Below are positions 18,686-25,889 of a DNA stretch of 42,677 nucleotides, piece by piece. The notes beneath the pieces are model-generated. The model did not search any database, was not told the DNA's origin, and was given only the letters and a program-made list of their open reading frames with translations. The stretch is from Saprospiraceae bacterium (GTDB taxonomy: Bacteria > Bacteroidota > Bacteroidia > Chitinophagales > Saprospiraceae), in NCBI GenBank assembly GCA_043755305.1, contig JAYUTD010000034.1, positions 1 through 42,677 of the forward strand, read 5' to 3'. The position numbers and the translations under genes are program-made. Within the stretch, counting starts at the first letter, position 1; every line of letters begins with the position of its first letter.

Positions 18686-20203
18686 TTAAGCGGTAAGTAT
18701 TTCATCTAATATTTTTCTGTCATTTTGAAGTCTTGGCACTTTGTATTGGCCACCTAATTTATTTTTGCTTTTCAACCAATTGTGAAAAGTCCCTTTTTTA
18801 GCGACATTGATCTTAAGATTTTCCAGGGCCAAATCTTTAAACCTCTTTGCATCATAGTCACTGTTGAGTGCCCTCAGGTTGTCGTCCAACTTCTTTTCAA
18901 ACAACGCAATATCACCAGGAATGGTTTCAAATTCGATGAGCCAGTCATGAAAGCCTTTATGGCGGTCATCTAAAAAAGTAGGCGCTACGGTGTATTCATT
19001 GACATGCGCATTGAAGTCTTCAAGAGTCAAAGCCAGGGCCTTGTCGGTATTGGAGATCATGACTTCTTCACCAAAGGCATTGATGTACTGTTCTATCCTG
19101 CCGGTAACTTTGAGTTTGTGTGGAAGGAGAGAAACAAACTTCACCGTGTCACCGATAAGGTAGCGCCATAAACCACTGCTTGTCGTAATGATTATGGCAT
19201 AGTTTTTATCCAGTTCAACTTTTTCAAGTGGTATGGCTTCAAGATCAATATTGTCCCTTTCCAGTTTGTTCGCTTCGATAAATTCGTAGTAGATGCCATT
19301 GTCAATAAGAAGGCGCATGCCTTCGTTCTTGAAATCATCCTGTACAGCAAAGTAGCCTTCTGAAGCATTGTACACTTCAATGTAATTGAAGTCTTTGTCA
19401 GGAAGATAGCGTGCAAAAAGTGCCTTATAAGGATTGAAATTGACGCCACCGTGAAGGTAGAATTTCAATTCCGGCCACACCTCAAGCATATGAGCTTTTC
19501 CCGTTTTTTCCAGAATGCGGTTGAATAGCACAATGTTCCACGTCGGTACACCACCAAACATGACTACATTTTCCTCGAGGCATTGATTGGCGATGCGTTC
19601 TATTTTTTCTTCCCAATTGGGCAACAATGCCGTCTCAAAATCAGGTGCATAAAATGGTCTGCCAATAAAAGGAATGGTATTGATCATGATGGCCGATACA
19701 TCACCTACAAGTATATCCGTATTGTCACCATAGGCATGCAGCGTACCGCCCATGATAAGGCTTTTGTTGTAAAAAATGCTTGCTTCTTCATCATTTTGGT
19801 ATATGAAAGCAGTGGTATCCCAGCTAGACCTGATGAGGTTGGACCTCAGAAAGGCATCTGATATAGGCAGGTACTTGCTTCGCTGATTGGTCGTGCCGCT
19901 TGATTTGGAAAAGTACTTTACAGCACCGGGCCAAAGTATATCCTGCCCGCCATTCATCATCCGCTCAATATAAGGCTGCAGTTGGTCGTACCTGACAATG
20001 GGTACTTTGTGGATGAAGTCCTGCCGGTCATAAATATTGAGGAAGTCATATTTTTTGCCGTATTCAGTGTCTTCGGCGCCTGTGACCAGGTCTTTGAGTA
20101 TGGCTTCTTGAAGATCAGGTGTGTCTGCAATCTTTTTCTGAAGATTGTCATACCTGAATTTGAGGTATCTCTTTATGGCAGAATTTAAGACCTTTGGTGG
20201 CAA
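18686..20203 (-). CDS. GH3-family (auxin-responsive-promoter-like) acyl-adenylate-forming enzyme
   Basis: 505 aa. The segment YGKKYDF...VPIVRYDQLQPYIERMMNGGQDILWPG...YFSKSSGTTNQRSKYLPIS carries the SSGTT adenylation motif and the layout of bacterial GH3 homologues. TTG start. Confidence 0.7.
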   Translation of the reverse strand: MPPKVLNSAIKRYLKFRYDNLQKKIADTPDLQEAILKDLVTGAEDTEYGKKYDFLNIYDRQDFIHKVPIVRYDQLQPYIERMMNGGQDILWPGAVKYFSKSSGTTNQRSKYLPISDAFLRSNLIRSSWDTTAFIYQNDEEASIFYNKSLIMGGTLHAYGDNTDILVGDVSAIMINTIPFIGRPFYAPDFETALLPNWEEKIERIANQCLEENVVMFGGVPTWNIVLFNRILEKTGKAHMLEVWPELKFYLHGGVNFNPYKALFARYLPDKDFNYIEVYNASEGYFAVQDDFKNEGMRLLIDNGIYYEFIEANKLERDNIDLEAIPLEKVELDKNYAIIITTSSGLWRYLIGDTVKFVSLLPHKLKVTGRIEQYINAFGEEVMISNTDKALALTLEDFNAHVNEYTVAPTFLDDRHKGFHDWLIEFETIPGDIALFEKKLDDNLRALNSDYDAKRFKDLALENLKINVAKKGTFHNWLKSKNKLGGQYKVPRLQNDRKILDEILTA

Positions 20204-20404
20204 TGTACTATAGGATTGAACACCACAAATTAACGGCTTATATATTGATTAAAAAAATAAATTTTACACCTTTTATCTATCCAACATATTATTAAAATAA
20301 CTACTATGAATAATTCTCATTGTCAGAATATTATTTCGTTATTGTGGTAGAATGTGCTTGTTGTCAGCATAGTATTATGGCCGTTTTAGAAATGCTGATT
20401 AATA

Positions 20405-21241
20405 TTATTTTTTATCTACCCAATCAATGCCATCCTTATAGGCAATGTAGTACTTTTTATTTTCCACTTTTACCTGTTTGATTTTTTCAGCTTCGATGCC
20501 TACGGGAAGGGCGACCGTAAGGAACGCCGGATAATCCAATGCCTGTGACTTTAGCCCGGTCATGGTCTGCATGAGTATTCTGTCGCCATCAAATTGAAAA
20601 TCTCTCACTCCATATACATCGAAGTAATTGCTGATCTGGCCAAAATTATCAAATACCAGCATGCCGTCATTGGCACTGGCCACTACTAGCTTATTATTGC
20701 GCTCCATCATCTTTATAGGAATAAATTTTGGCCTGCCAAGGTCATTGAATTGATTGGTCTCCACCATCACCTTGAGGTCGCCATTGATTTTTACGATCTT
20801 TTGTGCCTGTGCATCCCATAACCAGTAATTGTTGTCATTGGCCAGACATACCGGGCCTGCATTGCTGTATTTTCCTTGGGTAAGGAGATTGATTATCTTT
20901 ACCTCTGCCAATGTATTGTCCACTATTTTGATGATGCCCTGCTCTCTGAAATAGAGGATAATATTCAAAGGATTGGAAACGTCAAAAGAACTTATTTTAC
21001 CCAGCCGTTTATCGGCAAATTCGTATTTCTTCAGCCCCTGATCGGTGTACACTATCAGATGTCCGAGATGATCCAATATATATATATTGCCCAGCTTGTC
21101 CACATCCATCTGCTCCGGCAGCACTTTGATCATTCGCTTACTGTTGGAGAGGGTGGTTTTTTGTTCCGTGCTTATCTTATTGGAAGATGCACAAGACAGG
21201 GCTATTAATGTAGATATCAATAATAAATAAAAGGCTTTCAT
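20405..21241 (-). CDS. Hypothetical lipoprotein (278 aa), repeat/beta-propeller-like
   Basis: Has a lipobox-like signal (LISTLIALSCASS). The beta-rich sequence shows recurring hydrophobic-Gly-Asp patterns. I recognised no catalytic motif. Confidence 0.45.
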   Translation of the reverse strand: MKAFYLLLISTLIALSCASSNKISTEQKTTLSNSKRMIKVLPEQMDVDKLGNIYILDHLGHLIVYTDQGLKKYEFADKRLGKISSFDVSNPLNIILYFREQGIIKIVDNTLAEVKIINLLTQGKYSNAGPVCLANDNNYWLWDAQAQKIVKINGDLKVMVETNQFNDLGRPKFIPIKMMERNNKLVVASANDGMLVFDNFGQISNYFDVYGVRDFQFDGDRILMQTMTGLKSQALDYPAFLTVALPVGIEAEKIKQVKVENKKYYIAYKDGIDWVDKK

Positions 21242-21314
21242 ATAGGAAAATTTATAATGAATGGTAGTTGTAAAAAGTATTTATGGCGGTGTAGTGCAAA
21301 AATCAGTCCAAGAA

Positions 21315-22073
21315 TTACACCTGATACCCACACAACTCCACCCCACTATCATCCACCCTCAAATAAGTAAAATGCGTCAACCAATCTCCCAAATAAATCA
21401 CTTTGGCGGCTGAATTTTTGAGCTGATAGGTCATCGGATGGTGCCGGTGGCCATACACAAAATAGTCAATGGCTTGTGTCTTCACATATTCATTGCTGTA
21501 CTGCACCAGCCATTCTTTTTCGGGGTCGGTGATGCTGACATTTTCATCATCGGTCATTCGGCTCGTATGGCTTGCTTTTTTCATCAACCACAGGCCAAAA
21601 TTTGGGTGTAGTCGGTGAAACAACCACTGACATATAGGATTGGAAAATATTTTTTTAATAACTTTGTAGCCGTAATCTGCAGGCCCAAGCCCATCGCCGT
21701 GTGCGACATGAAAAGTCTTGCCGTGATGGCTTACATTGATGGCATGGTAGTGCATGACCAAGCCGATCTCCTTAGTAAAATAATCAAAGATCCACATATC
21801 GTGGTTGCCCGTAAATAAGTGGATCTTAATGCCCATATCGCTGAGTTCACACAGCTTGCCCAGCAGTCGCATACAACCCTTGGGCACGACTTCCTTGTAT
21901 TCAAACCAATAGTCAAAGACATCCCCTACCAGGTACAATTCAGTACAATCTTCCTTTATGGTATCAAGCCATTGGACAATTTTGATTTCTCTTTCCTTTG
22001 ATGGAAAGCCGTGGTCCAATCCCAGATGGAAGTCTGATGCAAAGTATATTTTGTCTCTGTTCAATGAGGTCAA
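21315..22073 (-). CDS. lpxH: UDP-2,3-diacylglucosamine diphosphatase LpxH
   Basis: Calcineurin-like metallophosphoesterase motifs appear in LpxH order: IYFASDFHLG, LVGDVFDYWFEYK, GNHDMW, AHGDG, YGHRH. The only possible starts are TTG codons (22073 or 22064), and both are themselves part of the adjacent repeat array. Confidence 0.85.
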   Translation of the reverse strand: MTSLNRDKIYFASDFHLGLDHGFPSKEREIKIVQWLDTIKEDCTELYLVGDVFDYWFEYKEVVPKGCMRLLGKLCELSDMGIKIHLFTGNHDMWIFDYFTKEIGLVMHYHAINVSHHGKTFHVAHGDGLGPADYGYKVIKKIFSNPICQWLFHRLHPNFGLWLMKKASHTSRMTDDENVSITDPEKEWLVQYSNEYVKTQAIDYFVYGHRHHPMTYQLKNSAAKVIYLGDWLTHFTYLRVDDSGVELCGYQV

Positions 22074-22487
22074 TTATTTCAATTAGTTCAATAGAGTTCA
22101 ATAAGTTCAATGTAGTTCAATGTAGTTCAATGTAGTTCAATAAGTTCAATGAGTTCAATAAGTTTAATGAGTTCAATTAGTTCAATGTAGTTCAATAAGT
22201 TCAATGAGTTCAATAGAGTTCAATGTAGTTCAATAAGTTCAATAGAGTTCAATGTAGTTCAATGTAGTTCAATAAGTTCAATGAGTTCAATAGAGTTCAA
22301 TAAGTTCAATGAGTTCAATAGAGTTCAATAAGTTCAATGAGTTCAATAGAGTTCAATGTAGTTCAATAAGTTCAATGAGTTCAATGTAGTTCAATGAGTT
22401 CAATCTAGTTCATTTAGTTCAATTAGTTCAATGTAGTTCAATGTAGTTCAATTAGTTCAATGTAGTTCAATTGGTTCAATGAGTCAA
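22059..22487. repeat. Tandem array of ~46 units of 9 or 10 bp, with core AGTTCAAT plus a 1-2 nt variable linker
   Basis: Read directly from the sequence: GTTCAAT followed by AA, GA, TA, AGA or GTA, head to tail without interruption. A few units are degenerate (GTCAAT, TTTCAAT, GTTTAAT, GTTCATT). The track lists no ORF of 60 aa or more in this stretch. Confidence 0.95.
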
Positions 22488-22515
22488 TAGCACATACTGA
22501 CTTTTTATGCTAAGC

Positions 22516-22565
22516 TATTGAAATTATTGCGTCCAAAGGACATTGAAATTATTGCGCCGTAGGCA
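22516..22565. repeat. Two ~25-nt units: ATTGAAATTATTG head plus a mini-hairpin
   Basis: ATTGAAATTATTGCGTCCAAAGGAC followed by ATTGAAATTATTGCGCCGTAGGCAT. The hairpins are GTCC-AAA-GGAC and GCC-GTA-GGC. Confidence 0.85.
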
Positions 22566-22572
22566 TTTTTAT

Positions 22573-22626
22573 AGTTCAATTAGTTCAATTAGTTCAATTA
22601 GTTCAATATAGTTCAATAAGTTCAAA
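22573..22626. repeat. Second, 6-unit block of the GTTCAAT repeat
   Basis: GTTCAAT with linkers TA, TA, TA, ATA and AA, then a degenerate GTTCAAA unit. Confidence 0.9.
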
Positions 22627-22628
22627 TG

Positions 22629-22756
22629 GCAGTTGTTATTGCGTCCGTAGGACTTTGAAATTATTGTGCCCGCAGGATATTTTTCTACATTGCATCGGTA
22701 GGACATTGAAATTATTGGGGCGAAGCCATTGAAATTACTGAATTGTTCTACATCGA
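22629..22756. repeat. Five further ~23-30-nt units of the ATTGAAATTATTG-plus-hairpin family
   Basis: The five units are cagttgttattgCGTCCGTAGGAC, tttgaaattattgtgCCCGCAGGat, atttttctacattgcatcGGTAGGAC, attgaaattattgGGGCGAAGCC and attgaaattactgaattgttctacatcgac. The last unit overlaps the stop codon of the 222-aa gene. Confidence 0.75.
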
Positions 22757-23416
22757 CTTGCCTACACTATTGAGCTTATCAGTAACAGCCTGCACTGCTT
22801 TCTTTTGGGCTTCGATTTCCAGCTTTTTGGTCTTTTGTGTGCCATTGTTGATCTCGATATTTTTTTCTGCTTCTGCTATTTTGAGCTTGCATTTTTCGAT
22901 TTCTTCCAGGTAATCTTTTTTCTTGCCTTCCAACTTTGTCAGTTCTTTGGCCAGGTCTTTGGATTTCTTTTCTTCCATTTCAAGTTCTTTGGCGACCGCC
23001 TTTTTTCTTGCGACTACCCAGAAATCTTTAAGAAAGGTCTCAATACCTGCACTCTGGCTCTTGTGGTCAGCCCCATTGGCAAAAGCGCCACCCAGATCAA
23101 CCCAAAGGTAAGTGGTGGTTTGATTTTTGCCTTCCACATGCTTAGCATAGAGTGTCATAGGAGTAGTTCCATTGATTAATGCAACATTGGCATTTTCAGT
23201 GACAAATTCGCTTGCCTTCTTGTTTTGTTTGGTCTTGCCAAATTCCTTAACATAGTCTTTCCATGCGTCTTCAATCATGTCTTTATTGGTGCCATCTACT
23301 GAGACATAATATGCATTTTGTGAGCCTAGACTCATAGTGCTGCTTTGCTGCTCTACTTTTTGGCCAAATGACAGTTTGACAAGAAAAAGCAATAAAAATA
23401 GGTACGTGATTTTCAT
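22748..23416 (-). CDS. Hypothetical secreted protein with a Lys/Glu-rich C-terminal coiled coil (222 aa)
   Basis: Has a signal peptide (MKITYLFLLLFLVKLSFGQ). The C-terminal ~85 aa are heptad-like and KE-rich (KELEMEEKKSKDLAKELTKLEGKKKDYLEEIEKCKLKIAEAEK). Confidence 0.45.
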   Translation of the reverse strand: MKITYLFLLLFLVKLSFGQKVEQQSSTMSLGSQNAYYVSVDGTNKDMIEDAWKDYVKEFGKTKQNKKASEFVTENANVALINGTTPMTLYAKHVEGKNQTTTYLWVDLGGAFANGADHKSQSAGIETFLKDFWVVARKKAVAKELEMEEKKSKDLAKELTKLEGKKKDYLEEIEKCKLKIAEAEKNIEINNGTQKTKKLEIEAQKKAVQAVTDKLNSVGKSM

Positions 23417-23562
23417 CTTTAAAATTTTATTTTTATCATTAAATTGAATACAAATATAGGTTTTATGTACCTATACTGCTTATTAAACGTATAAAATTTA
23501 ATTTGGTAACAAAGTATTTGGATTTATGTGCCACAATTGCATGATTATTGCACCAGTTTTTG

Positions 23563-23570
23563 TATTTTTG
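23563..23570 (+). promoter_or_regulatory. Candidate -7 promoter box (TATTTTTG) for nadA
   Basis: Matches TAnnTTTG and lies 66 nt upstream of the nadA ATG, in the divergent intergenic region. Confidence 0.3.
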
Positions 23571-23635
23571 GCATACATTTTTGGTTGAAAATCAAAACCG
23601 GTTGTCAAAATAATATTTAAATTAAAATCAATTTT

Positions 23636-24652
23636 ATGTCCACAGCAATATTAAATGAGGCAAAAAGCCATTTGCAAAAAAATGGATACCTTGATCTGGA
23701 GGTAGAACCCACATTGGATTTGGTGGAAGAAATCAATAAACTCAAGAAAGAAAAGAATGCCATCATTCTCGCTCATTACTACCAGGAATCTGAGATTCAG
23801 GATATAGCTGACTATATTGGAGATAGCCTGGGACTTTCTCAAAAAGCTGCATCAACAGAGGCCGAGGTTATTGTATTTGCCGGCGTACACTTCATGGCAG
23901 AGACAGCTAAGATGTTGAGTCCAAACAAAAAAGTACTGCTCCCCGATCTCAAAGCAGGATGTTCACTCGCGGATTCATGCCCTGCACCATTGTTTAAAAA
24001 ATTCAAAGAAAAATACCCAGATCATGTGGTAGTAAGCTACATCAATTGTACTGCTGAGTTGAAGACTTTGACAGACATATGTTGTACTTCTTCCAATGCA
24101 GTAGATATCATCAACAGCATACCCAAAGACAAAGGCATTATCTTCGCCCCTGATAAAAACCTTGGTGCCTACCTCATCAAAAAAATAGGCCGGGACATGG
24201 TATTGTGGAATGGTGCTTGTATGGTACATGAAATTTTTTCGAATGAAAAGATTACCAAGCTGATAGAAAGGTATCCGGAAGCAAAATTTATAGCCCACCC
24301 GGAATGTGAAGCCCACATCCTTGAGAAAGCCGATTTTATTGGTTCTACAAGCCAAATGCTTTCCTTTACAAAAACCGATGCTGCAGACACATTTATTGTA
24401 GCTACTGAAGCAGGTATAATTCATCAAATGGAGCTTGCCTCCCCGACAAAGAAATTCATACCTGCCCCACCGGAGAATACTTGTGCATGCAACGAATGTC
24501 CGCACATGAAGAGAAATACCATGGAAAAATTGTACCTGACTATGAAATATGAATTGCCTGAAATTATTCTTCCGGAATGGGTCATAGAACAAGGTCGTGC
24601 AAGCATTGACAGAATGCTTGAAGTAAGTGCAAAAGCAGGTTTCAAAGCCTAG
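23636..24652 (+). CDS. nadA: Quinolinate synthase NadA
   Basis: 338 aa. Contains [25 protein letters not shown] and [15 protein letters not shown]. The three cluster cysteines sit in the conserved contexts [20 protein letters not shown] and the C-terminal [10 protein letters not shown]. Confidence 0.9.
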   Translation: MSTAILNEAKSHLQKNGYLDLEVEPTLDLVEEINKLKKEKNAIILAHYYQESEIQDIADYIGDSLGLSQKAASTEAEVIVFAGVHFMAETAKMLSPNKKVLLPDLKAGCSLADSCPAPLFKKFKEKYPDHVVVSYINCTAELKTLTDICCTSSNAVDIINSIPKDKGIIFAPDKNLGAYLIKKIGRDMVLWNGACMVHEIFSNEKITKLIERYPEAKFIAHPECEAHILEKADFIGSTSQMLSFTKTDAADTFIVATEAGIIHQMELASPTKKFIPAPPENTCACNECPHMKRNTMEKLYLTMKYELPEIILPEWVIEQGRASIDRMLEVSAKAGFKA

Positions 24653-24658
24653 AGTGAT

Positions 24659-25792
24659 GTGATTAAAAAAAGATACAATATCTACATTTATACCATCATT
24701 GCCTACGCAATTATAGGCTTATTCAATGCCTATATAGCCAATAGCAAACCAGTGCTGGCCTTTAATAAAAATGGACTAGTATCGCCTGCAAGCCGTGATT
24801 TTCTAATGGACCTGGGCCTTGCATCAGAAAATTCCTATAAAAATGATACCCCCTATCAATGGGCTATCTACCCCATCATAAAGTACCATGCCAAAGACAT
24901 AGATGTGAGCAATAGTGGCTTCAAAAGCCCATCTCAATGCTTGCCCCATAGCGGACATTACCTTGGCACGGATCAAGTGGGGAGAGACGTGGCAGCCGGC
25001 ATCATCAGGGGATGCTACACGTCCTTTAGAATAGGGCTCTTCGGTACACTGTTTTGTGGTATAATTGGCGTCTTTTTGGGCATTTGTATGGCCTACTATG
25101 GCAATAAGATAAAAATGAATCCTATTGAATGGATCGTATCTGTTGCCAGTTTTTTATTGGCTTTGTTTTATCTTGTCTATCCTCTACAAAGTCATTTATA
25201 CACTTTCTTGTTGGTCTTACTATTATTGGTCACAGCTTTTGGAAATACTTATTTTTTAAGCAATGTGGCCCAAAAAAAAATAGCTTTACCGTTTGACAGC
25301 GTCATGATGGGCATTATAGAATTGAGGCGATCCATGCCTACTTTGATATTGGTATTGGTGCTTTTTCCACTATTCACCAAACCCGGTATTAACAATGTGA
25401 TTGTAGTTATAGCCATATTGGGGTGGACCAACTTTGCCAGACATGCAAGAGCGGAGAGTCTTAGTGTAAAAAACCGGCCATATGTTTCAGTATCTGAAAT
25501 GATGGGGGCAAATTTTCTGCATATCAGTTGGAAACACATCTTACCTAATATAGCAACCACCCTAATGGTCATAGCCGCAATGAATTTTGCATCCAATGTA
25601 TTACTTGAGTCCACACTCTCTTTTTTAGGTATGGGCTTGCCTCCGGATGAAGTGAGCTGGGGTAGTCAACTAAGTGTAGGCCGCAAGAATTTTTTTGCGT
25701 GGTGGATGATAGTATTTCCCGGCCTGGCTTTGTTTCTACTTGTGTATTGCGTTAATAAACTAAGCGACGAACAAAGAATTTCAAAAATTTAG
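24659..25792 (+). CDS. ABC transporter permease, DppC/OppC-like (binding-protein-dependent transport family)
   Basis: 377 aa and multi-pass. Contains YLGTDQVGRDVAAGIIRG, typical of the periplasmic loop of DppC/OppC-type permeases, and an EAA-like loop (ARHARAESLSVKNRPYV). GTG start 6 nt after the nadA stop. No ATPase or binding-protein gene is adjacent. Confidence 0.7.
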   Translation: MIKKRYNIYIYTIIAYAIIGLFNAYIANSKPVLAFNKNGLVSPASRDFLMDLGLASENSYKNDTPYQWAIYPIIKYHAKDIDVSNSGFKSPSQCLPHSGHYLGTDQVGRDVAAGIIRGCYTSFRIGLFGTLFCGIIGVFLGICMAYYGNKIKMNPIEWIVSVASFLLALFYLVYPLQSHLYTFLLVLLLLVTAFGNTYFLSNVAQKKIALPFDSVMMGIIELRRSMPTLILVLVLFPLFTKPGINNVIVVIAILGWTNFARHARAESLSVKNRPYVSVSEMMGANFLHISWKHILPNIATTLMVIAAMNFASNVLLESTLSFLGMGLPPDEVSWGSQLSVGRKNFFAWWMIVFPGLALFLLVYCVNKLSDEQRISKI

Positions 25793-25889
25793 TGTATTCA
25801 TTTTACTTTGTGCTCACTGTCCACTTAGTGTGAGACATCTAATTCTGTGCTCACTGCGTTCCCTGTGTGACCTTTAACCTCTGTGTAAC

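Noticed and set aside
22074-22747. Coding potential of the repeat island (repeat protein or small peptides)
   Set aside because: The mix of 9- and 10-bp units rotates the frame every few units. TAA/TAG/TGA occur in the linkers on the + strand and TGA/TAA on the minus strand. The ORF track lists nothing of 60 aa or more here.
22059-22756. Interpretation of the repeat island as a CRISPR array
   Set aside because: The units are 9-10 bp, or ~25 nt, directly abutting with no unique spacers of 25-40 bp. No cas genes are in the window, and the repeat length is far below the CRISPR range.
23975-24592. Long antisense ORFs inside nadA (205 aa), the helicase (26793..27356, 187 aa), the oxidase (14409..14858, 149 aa) and the T9SS cargo gene (39741..40181, 146 aa)
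   Set aside because: Each lies entirely opposite a gene with strong family motifs and has a Cys/Phe/Arg-rich, motif-free translation. These are typical shadow ORFs.
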